Below, one piece after another: positions 9,573 through 19,709 of a stretch of DNA of 64,000 bases. This DNA comes from an uncultured Planctomycetota bacterium. Lineage in GTDB: Bacteria; Planctomycetota; Planctomycetia; Isosphaerales; Isosphaeraceae. The stretch lies in assembly GCA_963737655.1 (NCBI GenBank), contig CAVTTN010000002.1, forward strand, positions 6,464,001 through 6,528,000. The letters run 5' to 3'. The position numbers and the translations under genes are program-made. The notes beneath the pieces were generated by a model. That model searched no databases. It saw nothing but the letters and a program-made list of their open reading frames with translations, and was not told the origin of the DNA. How positions within the stretch are numbered: the first letter of the stretch is position 1; every line of letters begins with the position of its first letter.

Positions 9573-12500
9573 ATGAAGAAAGAAATGCTGATCAACGTGC
9601 TCCAGCCCGAGGAGTGCCGGATCGCGATCGTCGAGGATGGCATCCTGGAAGAGCTTTACGTCGAGCGAACCAGCCACGAGAGCTATACCGGGAACATCTA
9701 CAAGGGCAAGATCGTGAACCTCGAACCGGCCATCCAGGCCGCGTTCGTCGATTTCTCGGTGGGTCGCAACGGGTTCCTCCACGTCTCGGACGTCGAGCCC
9801 CAGTATTACCGCCGACTGATCAACGAGGACGCCGAACTCGGAGCCCGGGACCGGGGCCGCGAACCCCGCCGGGAGGCCCGAGACCCCCGAGACCGCGACG
9901 AACCCCGGAGGGCCGAGGAGAAACCCGCCCGGCCCGCCCCTCCGCCGCCGTCCTACCCCGACGATCGGTTCTGGGACCGCGAACGCCCGGACCGCTCCGA
10001 AAAGGGCCGCCGCGACAAGACCGACCGCCGGTTCGGCGAGGGCCTGGTGGACGATTGGGACCTCCCGCCGCCCCCGCCCCGCCCCTCGCCCGCCCCTCCG
10101 CCGGCCCGAGAGGAGCGACCCGCCCCCGCCGCCCGCCGGCCCGAGCCCGAGGAGCCGCTCTCCTGGTCGCTCCCCAGCCGGGAGCGCGACCGCGAGGCCC
10201 CCGAGCCCGAGGAGCCGAGGTCCCGGATCGGCCGGGCCGCCCCGCCTCCCCCACCGGCCGAGCCGGCCGACCCGCTGGAGGCCGACCTGCCCCCGAGCCG
10301 GACCCAGCGATCCCGGGCCGCCTCGCCCCCGCCGCCGTCCCGCCCCGCCCCGCCTTCGCCGCCCGTCGAACCCGAAGACGTCCCCCGGACCCCCGCCCGG
10401 GACCCCGAGGCCGAACCGCGACGAGGCTGGGGCCGAGGCCGGGCCCGGCCCGCCGAGCTCCTCGAGGCCCGCGCCGAGCCCGAACCCGAGCCCGAACCCT
10501 TCCTCCCCGATCGCGAGCCCGAGCCCGACCCGGCGTTCGACGACGCCGACGCCCCGCCCCGTCGCCGAGGAGGCGGTCGGGCCGCGATCCGCTCCCGAGG
10601 GGCGAGCGCGAGCCGGCCCGCCCCCGGGCCGTCGAACCGCCGGCCGTCGAGAGGCTCCGCGAGCCGGTCGAGGAACCCCTCCCGCCGGACGACGAGCCCG
10701 AGCCGCTCCCCCCGCCGCCCCGGGCCCGCCCGGCCGATCCCGAGGCCCGTCCTCCCCGCCGGGAACGCGGACGGTCCCGGGCCGCCGAGCCCGAAACCCC
10801 CCGGGAACGCGCCGCCCCCCACGACCGCGCCGGAGAACCCGGCTACATCCCCCGCCGCGAACGCGTCCGGCCGCCCGAAACCGCCGCCTTCGACGTCCCG
10901 GCCGAACCCGCCTCCTGGCGGGCCCCGAGCCCGAACCCGCCCCCCTCGACGAGTTCGCCCGGATGCTCGAACGCGACGACGACGCCGACGCCGAACCCGG
11001 CGAGGACGAGGCCGGGGCCCGGGGCGAAGGCCCCCGCCGCCGCCGTCGCCGACGGGGCCGCCGCCGAGACCGGCCCGAGGTCGAGGCCAAGGCCGGCGCC
11101 GAGCCCGATCTCGATCGCGACGAGGACCTCGAACCCGACGAGGACTTCGAGTCCGTCCCGCCGCCGCCCCCGGCCCGTCCCGCCCGGCGAGCCGCCCCGG
11201 CACCGCCCCCGCCTCCGGCCTTCCTCGACGAGCCCGCCGAGGACCTCGGCCGGGAGGACTTCGACTTCGGCGACGAGGACGACGACGAGGGCGGACTCGC
11301 CGCCCTCCACGATGACTCCGCCGACCTCGAACCGGCCGAACCCGACGAGGAAATCGACCCCGAACTCGAGGAAGAGATCCGCCGCGAGATCGAGGAGATC
11401 ACCGAACTCGAACGAGAGATGGGACTTCGGGGAACCACCGAGGCCCGCCCCCGTCGCGGGGACGCCGCCGGGCCCGAGCCGGCCGGTCGAGGCCCCCGGG
11501 GCGCCCCCAGGGGCCGCGGCCTCAGCAAGCCCCCGATGCAGGACATCTTCCGCCGAGGCGATGAAGTCCTCGTCCAGGTCATCAAGGAGTCGATCGGCAC
11601 CAAGGGGCCGACCCTCTCCACCTATATCAGCATCCCGGGACGCTATCTCGTGTTGATGCCGGGTTTGAACCGCGTGGGCGTCTCCCGGAAGATCGCCGAC
11701 GAGGGCCAGCGCCGCCGCCTCCGCGAAATCATGAACGCCCTGAACCCCCCCAAGGGCCTGGGCTTCATCGTCCGGACCGCCGGGCTGGACCGCACCAAGC
11801 GCGAGCTGGCCCGGGACCTCGCCTACCTCCTCCGGCTCTGGAAGGTCATCCTCCGCCGGATCAAGAAGGCCAAGGCCCCGGCGCCGATCTACCAAGAATC
11901 GGACATGATCACGCGGACGATCCGCGACATCTTCAACGCCGAGATCGACACGATCTGGATCGACGAGCCCCAGGCCTTCGAACGCGCCCAGGAATTCCTC
12001 CGCGTCGTCATGCCCAAGTTCGTCACCCGGCTGAAGTTCTACGACGACAAGGTGCCGCTCTTCCACAAGTATGGATTGGAAGCGGAGATCGCCAAGATCC
12101 AGAGGAGGCGGGTGGACCTGCCCGAGGGCGGCTCGATCGTGATCGACCCGACCGAGGCCCTGGTCGCCATCGACGTCAACTCGGGCAACTTCCGGGTCGA
12201 GAACGACGCCGAGAAGACGGCCTACGAGATGAACCTCCGGGCCGCCAAGGAGATCGCCCGCCAGCTCCGCCTCAGGGACCTCGGCGGGGTGATCTGCAAC
12301 GACTTCATCGACATGCGCGACGAGCGCAACCGCCGAGGCGTCGAAAAAGCCCTGAGAGACGCGATCAAGCGCGACCGGGCCCGCACGAAGATCCTCCGGA
12401 TGAGCCAGTTCGGCATCATCGAGATGACCCGCCAGCGCATCCGGCCCAGCCTGAAGCGCTCGGTGTACGAGGACTGCACCCACTGCGGAGGCGCCGGCGT

Positions 12501-12795
12501 CGTCAAGACGGCCGAGAGCATGGCCATCGACGTGATGAGGCTGCTCGCCCTGGCCTCGCACCGGGAGGAGATCCGCCGGGTGAACGTGAGCGTCTCCCCG
12601 GCCGTGGAGACGTATCTCAACAACCGGAAGCGTCGAGAGATCGCCAAGATCGAGGTCGAGGCGAACCTCACGATCCACGTCCGCTCCGAGGAAGACGCCC
12701 CCGGAGAGCACCTCCAGCTCGACTGCTTCGACGCCCAGAATAACGAAGTCAGGATCTTGCCAGCGCCCCCGCCGCCCCCGCGCCGGGGACGGTGA
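9573..12795 (+). CDS. rne: RNase E/G family ribonuclease with long low-complexity insertion; two apparent frameshifts (~10590, ~10950)
   Basis: MKKEMLIN..GNIYKGKIVNLEPAIQAAFVD..GFLH, then EVLVQVIKE..KGPTLST, GFIVRTA, IDVNSG, DFIDM, EMTRQR and CTHC Zn-link. Confidence 0.93.
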
Positions 12796-12863
12796 GGCGT
12801 CCTCCAACTTCGAGACCGGCCGCGGGTCTCACGGATCCTGTAGGTATTTAGCGGCTCGGGGGC

Positions 12864-12946
12864 GGTCCCTGTAGGGTCCGCCATTGCGGACCTCTTCGGT
12901 CACGGCATGATCGAAGAGGTCCGCAATGGCGGACCCTACAGGGACC
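12864..12946. repeat. REPIN-like doublet (GTAG + GGTCCGC-CATT-GCGGACC)
   Basis: 35-bp perfect inverted arms at 12864-12898 and 12912-12946, each internally palindromic. Confidence 0.88.
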
Positions 12947-13244
12947 ACATCGTCTGGCGCTAAACATGTACCCCGCTCCTTGTCGCTGAGGCCGGCGATT
13001 ATTGATATTCATAAAAATATTTCGATTTTCAAGCCGTAGGCGGACGATTCAGCGGCCACCGACGCGCCGAGCCGGTGACCCTGATCATTCCGGTCGCGGA
13101 GGGAACTTTGAGGCTGGGATGCGGGAGCCCCTCGGATAATATGAGGGTGAGGCCGACGAATAGGTTTCGAGTTGGGCCGCGGATCGCCCCGAAGGCTATG
13201 CCCGACATCACCTGATCGGCAATTGCGGGATATTGGAGGTGGCC

Positions 13245-14879
13245 ATGTCGGCTCGCGTCCTCATGATCGCGGCGGCCCTGCTCGGTTTGGCGACGGTCGC
13301 CCCGGCTCGGGCCGACGACCCGCCCGTCAAGTTCGACGCCGCGGCCGTCCACCCCTGGACCGAGATCCAGCCACCGGCCGCGAAGGACGGCGGCAAGTCC
13401 GATCACAAGGCGGTCCTGATCGTCATCCCGGTCTCGGCCAACTTCAAGTCCAGGGCGGCCGAGGACCGGGTGGACACGGTTCGCTACAGCCTCCGCGTGC
13501 CCGACGATGCCGACGTCATCGACTTCCTGCCCAAGACCCGGATGGGCAGCGTCATCGACGGCTCGGTGAAGGTCGCCGCGGGCGAGACCGTCCAGACCGA
13601 CGTGAAGGTCAAGTGGGGCGCGCAGGGCGGCGCCGGCCTCGGAGGCGACATCTACGGCTGGAAGCTGAACCTCGGCGCGAGCGGGAGCCACGCCAAGGAG
13701 ACGGACGAGTTTCAGGGCCGCGCCACGAGCGTCCAGTACAGCTACCGCCCCGACTTGCAGAAGGTGGTCGTCGCCGGGCACGAGGACAACCAGAAGGTCC
13801 TCTACTGGGACATGAACAAGTTCGGCCAGGTGACGCGCGCCGGCAGCCAGGAACTCGCCGTCCTCGTCGTGGTCCCCAAGGACCGGACCGAGATGGCGAT
13901 CAAGCTCTCCTGCTCGGCCAAGGAGGGGGACGCGATCGTGGCGGACGCCGAGCGGACGGTGGCCGTCTACCTCAGCGGCGACGGCGACGCCCGGAAGCGG
14001 GCCAATGCGCTGGTCGCCAAGGCCAACGGCCCCGCCACCCGGCCCGAGATCACGACGAATACCCTCGGCATGAAGTTCGCCGCCATCCCAGAGGGCGAGT
14101 TCGACCTCGGCTCGCCCCCCAAGGATCAGGACGCCGACGCCGAGGACTCCGAACGCCCTCGGCACCGGGTCAAGGTCTCGGCCTTCCGTCTGGGGGTCAC
14201 CGAGGTGACGGTCGGCCAGTTCCGTCGGTTCGTCGAGGAAACCGGATACAGAACCCGCGCGGAGCGGCAGGGCGACGCATCGACATGGCGGAAGCCCGAA
14301 TTCGAGCAGACCGACGCCCATCCGGTCGTCGAGGTCACCTGGACGGATGCCGTGGCGTTCTGCAACTGGCTGAGCCGATTGGAAGGCCGCAAGGAGGTCT
14401 ACAAGACCGAAGGCGACCACGCCACGGTCCCCAATTGGTCGGCCGACGGATATCGCCTACCAACCGAGGCCGAGTGGGAATACGCCTGCCGCGCGGGGAC
14501 CAAAACCCGGTTCTCCTGTCCTCCCGGCGAATTGGGCCGATATGCTTGGTTTTTCGAGAACGCGGGCGGCCACACTCATCCCGTGGGCGAGAAACTCCCC
14601 AGTCGGTTTGGCCTCTACGACATGCACGGAAATGTCTTCGAGTGGTGCTGGGATGGGTACCATTCCAACAGCTACCATCGGCCGTCGGGCTTGCCTGCCG
14701 ACCCGCGCGGACCTTCCGAGGCGTCGCACCGGATCGTCCGGGGAGGTGGCTGGGTCGATGAGGGCAAGTACTGCCGGTCGGCGTACCGGAATTGGTTCGA
14801 GCCCTCGCATCGGAGCGAATACCTGGGCTTCCGGCTCGCGGTAAGTCCGTCGGAGGCCAAGCCGAGCCCGGGCGAGTGA
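13245..14879 (+). CDS. Secreted protein: unknown N-terminal domain + FGE-sulfatase (SUMF1/C-type-lectin fold) domain
   Basis: Signal peptide; TNTLGMKF, RLPTEAEWEYACRAG, GLYDMHGNVFEWC, RGGGW, GFRLA; GGAGG RBS. Confidence 0.9.
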   Translation: MSARVLMIAAALLGLATVAPARADDPPVKFDAAAVHPWTEIQPPAAKDGGKSDHKAVLIVIPVSANFKSRAAEDRVDTVRYSLRVPDDADVIDFLPKTRMGSVIDGSVKVAAGETVQTDVKVKWGAQGGAGLGGDIYGWKLNLGASGSHAKETDEFQGRATSVQYSYRPDLQKVVVAGHEDNQKVLYWDMNKFGQVTRAGSQELAVLVVVPKDRTEMAIKLSCSAKEGDAIVADAERTVAVYLSGDGDARKRANALVAKANGPATRPEITTNTLGMKFAAIPEGEFDLGSPPKDQDADAEDSERPRHRVKVSAFRLGVTEVTVGQFRRFVEETGYRTRAERQGDASTWRKPEFEQTDAHPVVEVTWTDAVAFCNWLSRLEGRKEVYKTEGDHATVPNWSADGYRLPTEAEWEYACRAGTKTRFSCPPGELGRYAWFFENAGGHTHPVGEKLPSRFGLYDMHGNVFEWCWDGYHSNSYHRPSGLPADPRGPSEASHRIVRGGGWVDEGKYCRSAYRNWFEPSHRSEYLGFRLAVSPSEAKPSPGE

Positions 14880-15027
14880 ACAGGGCCGGGGTGCGGAGCC
14901 GGGATCACTCAGGCCTCGAGATCGGTGCCACTCCGGCGGAGCCGGACCCTGGAGCGGAGGCTCGCACCCGGTTCGCGATGCGGAACGGCGGCGCCCGAGG
15001 GGCTTCGATCCGCGGGGAATTCCCGAG

Positions 15028-15369
15028 TTAGCTTCCGAAGTCCCGGCCGTCCCGGCGCGAGGGATGCCACTCCTCGTCCGGACCGAGGAGGCGAACGCCT
15101 GGTTCCGCGCGACCGGGGCGGGGTTCCCTCGCGCCTGGCCGATCGAGGATCTCTCGGATCGGGGGCCGCCCTGGGTCGAGGGCCGACAGGTGGTCCAGGG
15201 CGAAGGCGTTCAGGTCGCGGAGATCCTCGTCGGTCCAGGCATCGGAGTCGTCCACTTCGGGGGTTAGCGGGGGGATCAGGTCCTGGAGGATCATCGCCGC
15301 GAGCCGGAGGCGTTCGGGGGGCGGTAGGTGGCGGATGCTCGCCGAGTAGATCTCTTGAGCCGTCGTCAT
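15028..15369 (-). CDS. Small hypothetical protein, antitoxin-like
   Basis: LPPPERLRLAAMILQDL...SDAWTDEDLRDL resembles small putative antitoxins; GGAGG RBS. C-terminal ~45 aa looks like read-through. Confidence 0.6.
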   Translation of the reverse strand: MTTAQEIYSASIRHLPPPERLRLAAMILQDLIPPLTPEVDDSDAWTDEDLRDLNAFALDHLSALDPGRPPIREILDRPGAREPRPGRAEPGVRLLGPDEEWHPSRRDGRDFGS

Positions 15370-15640
15370 CGGGCGACCTCCTTCGATCGGACTTCAGGAT
15401 ACGTGACGAGTCGTTCGGAGAACAGGATCCACCTTGGTCCGATCGGGGTCCGCATGTTTGGAGGATTGGCGATCGATCGACCGAACGATGGCGTTCGGCC
15501 AGATCACCTGGGCGTTTTCCGAACGGCGATCCGGGCGGGAGGGCGGTTGCGGGGGGCGGGGCGTCTCGGGTATCGTCGCCGGCCGGGTCGAGGGATTTTC
15601 TTCAGGGATGGCCTGGTCTTGATTTCGAGATGGGGATCGC

Positions 15641-16687
15641 ATGCCGATGATGCCGATGATCCGGCTCGCCGCCGTTCTGGCCGTCTCGCTGGGAGTGCTC
15701 TCGGGGACTCGGGGGGACGATGCGGAACCCTCGACCCGCGAGGCGATCGATTCCGCGTATCGGGCGGCCGTCTTGCAGGCGGATCGGCTCCATCTCCAGA
15801 GATTGGCCAAACTTGCGGCGACCCAGCCGAAGGATGAGGCGGCCCGGACCTATGAGGACCTGTTCCGCTCGGCCATCGGTCGGGGGCTGCCGGTCGAGGT
15901 CGAGGCTGCCGCCGATCGGGTCCTGGCGGGGGAAGACGCTCCGGCCCGGGTCCAGTTCCTGGCCCACGTGGTCCGGGTGTTCGCCCGGGTCGATCGCGGG
16001 GCGTATCGCGAGTCGCTCGACGCCGTCCTCGCCGCCGCCCGCGCCGGCCGGGCCGAGGGCGGGAAGGCCGGGGCCGTCTTGCCGGCGGAGACCCGGCTCT
16101 CCCTCGTGGATTCGTACTTCCAGAAACTCGTTCGTGCGGGCCAGTTTGGGTTGGCCAAAGAAGCGATGGAGGCCATCGCCGGCTCCGCCGAGCATCCGGC
16201 CGTCCGCGACCTGGCCGCCAACCGGCTCCGCCAGGTCAGCCTTGTCGGGAAGCCGGCGCCCCCGATTGAGGGGAAGGACGTGGACGGCCGGGCCGTCAAG
16301 CTGGCCGACATGAAGGGGGACGCGGTCCTGGTCGTCTTCTGGGCGACGTGGAACGTGCCCGACGCCCAGAACGTGGCGATCCTGGCCCGGCTCCATGACG
16401 CCAACCGGGCCAAGGGGTTCCGCGTGATCGGCGTGAACCTGGACGCCCTCCAGGAAGGCGGGACCCCGGCCGAGGCGGTCGCGGCGGGCGTCCGCCGGTT
16501 CCTGTTGAATTACAACGTCCCCTGGCCGACCCTGATCGACGCTCCCGGCGAAGGCGGGATCGCGACGGCCTATGACGTGACCCAGGTGCCCTCAAGCTAC
16601 CTGATCGGCCGGGATGGCAAGGTCGTCGACCTGATGCTCAGCCCGGCGAACCTGGAAGCCGCCGTGACCAAGGCCCTCGCCCGTTGA
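15641..16687 (+). CDS. Secreted TlpA/redoxin-fold protein lacking CxxC
   Basis: GKPAPPIEGKDVDG, VLVVFWATWNVPD, VIGVNLD, VPSSYLIGRDGKV. Confidence 0.88.
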   Translation: MPMMPMIRLAAVLAVSLGVLSGTRGDDAEPSTREAIDSAYRAAVLQADRLHLQRLAKLAATQPKDEAARTYEDLFRSAIGRGLPVEVEAAADRVLAGEDAPARVQFLAHVVRVFARVDRGAYRESLDAVLAAARAGRAEGGKAGAVLPAETRLSLVDSYFQKLVRAGQFGLAKEAMEAIAGSAEHPAVRDLAANRLRQVSLVGKPAPPIEGKDVDGRAVKLADMKGDAVLVVFWATWNVPDAQNVAILARLHDANRAKGFRVIGVNLDALQEGGTPAEAVAAGVRRFLLNYNVPWPTLIDAPGEGGIATAYDVTQVPSSYLIGRDGKVVDLMLSPANLEAAVTKALAR

Positions 16688-16721
16688 GCTCCGTTTCTTG
16701 ACGGACCGGCGTGCCAGGGTG

Positions 16722-16763
16722 GTTGGGTGGCATGCTTACGAGGACGTAAGCATATCACCCAAC
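16722..16763. repeat. Hairpin between convergent genes; related to the REP-like family at 44957
   Basis: gttgggtggcatgcttacg-agga-cgtaagcatatcacccaac. Confidence 0.7.
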
Positions 16764-16777
16764 ACTTTGATGACCGC

Positions 16778-17542
16778 CTAGCGACGAGGGGCCGGAGGAA
16801 TGGGCGGCGCCGGTGGGATGGCTGGCGCCGGAGGGATCGTCTTGGGGACGGACGCCGCCATCTCCAGGTTGGTGTAGAGCGACATCAGGAAGACGTGGAA
16901 CGTGTCGGCGACGGCCGGGGTCTTGGTCTTGCGGACGAAGTCCAGCGCGGGTCGTCCGTAATCCAGGAGCTTGCGGCGAGCGTCCGTGACGGCGGAGACC
17001 GGCGCGATCCCCTGGGCCTGGTACTCCTTGAGGACCAGGGCCACGGCCTGATCGGACAGCGAGCGAGCCGGCAGGAGGTCGGTCCCAGCCGGGGCGTCGG
17101 CGATCCAGACGAATTCGCCGTAGCGATTGAAGAAGTTTCCGAGCGACACGGTCCTCGGCGGGGGCGGTGCCGACGCCTGGGCCGAGGTCGCGGTCGCGGC
17201 CGGCGCCGATCGGCGAGGGGCGGGGGTCTCGGGGTGGCGGGCCACTCGCTCCTCGATCGCCCGGCGGGTCGCCACGTCGTAGCTCATGAATTGCTGGTAA
17301 CCGGCCTGGTCCATCGCCTCCACGGGAGCGACCACGCCTCCCCCTCCGCCGCCGGAGCGGGCCGAGTAGGCGGCCTGGCCCGCCTGGAGCGACCTCTGGT
17401 CGATCGCCTTGGCCACAACGCCGCCGTTCTCGGGGTTATAAAGCCCCCAGCCGCCCCAGAACTGGGCCTCGGCCCGGCCCGGACCGAACGCGAGCGCCAG
17501 GAACAGGGTCATCGCGCCGCATCGCATCGCCTGGTTGCCCAT
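16778..17542 (-). CDS. Secreted hypothetical protein
   Basis: Signal peptide ending RAEA-QFWGG; coding-like codon use; Pro-rich tail. Confidence 0.75.
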   Translation of the reverse strand: MGNQAMRCGAMTLFLALAFGPGRAEAQFWGGWGLYNPENGGVVAKAIDQRSLQAGQAAYSARSGGGGGGVVAPVEAMDQAGYQQFMSYDVATRRAIEERVARHPETPAPRRSAPAATATSAQASAPPPPRTVSLGNFFNRYGEFVWIADAPAGTDLLPARSLSDQAVALVLKEYQAQGIAPVSAVTDARRKLLDYGRPALDFVRKTKTPAVADTFHVFLMSLYTNLEMAASVPKTIPPAPAIPPAPPIPPAPRR

Positions 17543-17608
17543 CGTGGCCGGCCCCCTTCGCCCCATGTGTCCGGCTGGATCATAGCCCGGCCGGGCCTGC
17601 TTCACAAC

Positions 17609-18877
17609 TCATGGCCGGATCGGGATCTCGGCGGAGATCGGCCGTTGCTTCTGGACCATCCGCGTCCCCTCGCCCACGAGCCTCAGGTACCAGTCGCTCG
17701 GCAACCCTTCGTAGCCGACGAATGGGGCCTGTTTCGGCGGGGAATTCGTGACCTTGAAGATCGCCGTGCCCTCATCTACCTCGTCGAACATGGCCACGAA
17801 CACCGAGTCCACCTCCATCCTGGCCAGCTCGTGGAACTGCTCCCAGAGGAATTGGCCTTTCCGTCGGGGGATGTCGCTGGTGCCGGGCCGGTTTCGCTGG
17901 AGGTTGCTCCAGGAGAAGCCGGGGTAGACCGTCGGCAGCCAGAGGACGCCTCGGCGGTCGCAATCGCGTTTATCCTCGGCCCAGTAGTTGGTTGTGGCGT
18001 GCTTGACTCCCTGGGAATCGATCGAAACGTTCCCGATATTCCAGGGGGAATAGCCGTCGAGCCGATCCAGGACCGCGCGCCATTCCGGGTCCTGGTCCTT
18101 CCGCCAGTCCCAGGCCCCTCCGCCGATCAAGAAGGCGGGATGGGGGCCGTCGGCCGCGAAGAACGCGATCAGGCGGCGGGCGATCTCGGGCGTCATCGGG
18201 TTGTGGGCCTGGTTCCGGTAGAACCCCCAGACCTGCACCACCGGCCGGCCCTTCTCGTGGATGTACCGGGCGTCGGCCGGGATTCCGGCGGCTTCCAGTC
18301 TCTTCCATTCGTCGGTGAGGACCTCGACGATGCGATCGGGCGGCATCCCGGAGATGTCAAACGACAGGGCCCAGGCCCGGCCGGTGTCGCGAGCGGCCTT
18401 GCGGACGAGATCCAGCACCCGCCTTCTCGACTCGATCCGCTCGTTCGACAGCCCTCCCGGCAGGTCCACCAGGAAATGCTGGAGCCAGACGCCCTCGATT
18501 CCCGCGTCTCGCATCCACCGGAAGTGGCGGGCGACCGTCTCGGCGTTGTCGGAGCTGAACAGAGAGGCCGGGCGGCCGTCGGAATCCGTGAATCCGGGGG
18601 CCGCAAAGCGTTCCGCCGGGCCGAATTCCGTCATGTCGGGCCACATGTCGAAGGTGAGCGTCCCCGGCGCGATCCTGTGTTGATCGCGGCTCCAGTGGAC
18701 CCAGCCCATCCCCGACGGATCGCCCGGACAGCGGAACCAGCCCTGATAACCGCACAGGACCTTGCCGCGAACCGTCGTCGCATCGACAACGCCGGCCTCA
18801 TCTTCGGCCGACGAGGCCGGGGGAGACGCTCCTCCTCCGATCGCGACCAGAAGCAGCCCGACACCGAGGCGATTCAT
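17609..18877 (-). CDS. Glycoside hydrolase family 71/99-like protein
   Basis: GKVLCGYQGWF, DMWPD, HFRWM, YPGFSW, AMFDEVDEGTAIFK. Confidence 0.88.
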   Translation of the reverse strand: MNRLGVGLLLVAIGGGASPPASSAEDEAGVVDATTVRGKVLCGYQGWFRCPGDPSGMGWVHWSRDQHRIAPGTLTFDMWPDMTEFGPAERFAAPGFTDSDGRPASLFSSDNAETVARHFRWMRDAGIEGVWLQHFLVDLPGGLSNERIESRRRVLDLVRKAARDTGRAWALSFDISGMPPDRIVEVLTDEWKRLEAAGIPADARYIHEKGRPVVQVWGFYRNQAHNPMTPEIARRLIAFFAADGPHPAFLIGGGAWDWRKDQDPEWRAVLDRLDGYSPWNIGNVSIDSQGVKHATTNYWAEDKRDCDRRGVLWLPTVYPGFSWSNLQRNRPGTSDIPRRKGQFLWEQFHELARMEVDSVFVAMFDEVDEGTAIFKVTNSPPKQAPFVGYEGLPSDWYLRLVGEGTRMVQKQRPISAEIPIRP

Positions 18878-18902
18878 TCAGGGGCTCCGATGCGAAGTCC
18901 GG

Positions 18903-19673
18903 TCAACTCGGCAGGATCGGCCGGGCCCACGCGGCGAGGTCCTCGCGGAGAGGCGGGGTCGGCGGCTCGGAGTAGTCGATCAGCAAGTCGAACCGGGCGC
19001 GATCGTACAGGGCGTGCAAGACCATCCCAAGCTCCAGCGGCGGCTCGGGGTCTCCCGGCAGTAAAGGCAGATGGATCAAGGGGATGGGGTCAGGGAGGTT
19101 GAACGCGAAGAGCTGCGCCCGGGGCCTCCGGGGTTCCCGACTGATCAGGATGCGATAATCGCTGTGACGTCCCCCGCCGACCCAGTTCATCGGCTTCCCC
19201 GCGCGGAGGAGGTCGATCTCGACGAGGTTCGTCAGGCTGTCCAGGACCCGGGCCCTCTTCCTCTCGTACTTCCGCCGCCCCCTGGCCATCAGCTTGTTGG
19301 CCGGCGACATCATCTCCAGCAGGGTGATGAGCTTCCGCGTCTTCACCGAGCGGATTTCGAGGTAGGTCTCGCGGATTTCCTCGACGCTCGGGATCTCGAC
19401 CTCCAGAACCTGGCCCCCAACCTCGTCCCTGGCCAGCCCCCCGGGGCCGGGGGCCGGATGATGGGTCGAGACCGACAAATCCGGGACGCCGATGAACGCG
19501 AGTTCCTCGGGCGAGGTCAGCGTGTTCGTCCTCTGCTCCAGGCCCACATAGTATTTTGGGGCGACCAGGGGCGAGAGTGCGTCCGCGACCGCGGCGATGA
19601 GGCGGCTAGGCACGTCCGGCCACAACGCCGGGTGCTCCGACCACGGGTCCATGCCGGGGAATGGCGGTCTCAT
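18903..19673 (-). CDS. DUF4058 family protein (second paralog)
   Basis: MRPPFPGMDPW, EMMSPANK, LVEIDLLR, YDRARFDLLIDY. Confidence 0.92.
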   Translation of the reverse strand: MRPPFPGMDPWSEHPALWPDVPSRLIAAVADALSPLVAPKYYVGLEQRTNTLTSPEELAFIGVPDLSVSTHHPAPGPGGLARDEVGGQVLEVEIPSVEEIRETYLEIRSVKTRKLITLLEMMSPANKLMARGRRKYERKRARVLDSLTNLVEIDLLRAGKPMNWVGGGRHSDYRILISREPRRPRAQLFAFNLPDPIPLIHLPLLPGDPEPPLELGMVLHALYDRARFDLLIDYSEPPTPPLREDLAAWARPILPS

Positions 19674-19679
19674 GCGTTC

Positions 19680-19709
19680 AGTATAACAATCCGTCCGTTC
19701 GCCGGTCAA
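19680..19709 (-). promoter_or_regulatory. Sigma-70 promoter giving a probable leaderless DUF4058 mRNA
   Basis: TTGACC-N18-TATACT with extended TG, 6 nt before the ATG; no RBS. Confidence 0.7.

Noticed and set aside
14720..14845. Diversity-generating retroelement target (FGE/C-lectin C-terminus)
   Set aside because: No reverse transcriptase and no AAC-rich template repeat seen in the window. A remote DGR cannot be excluded.
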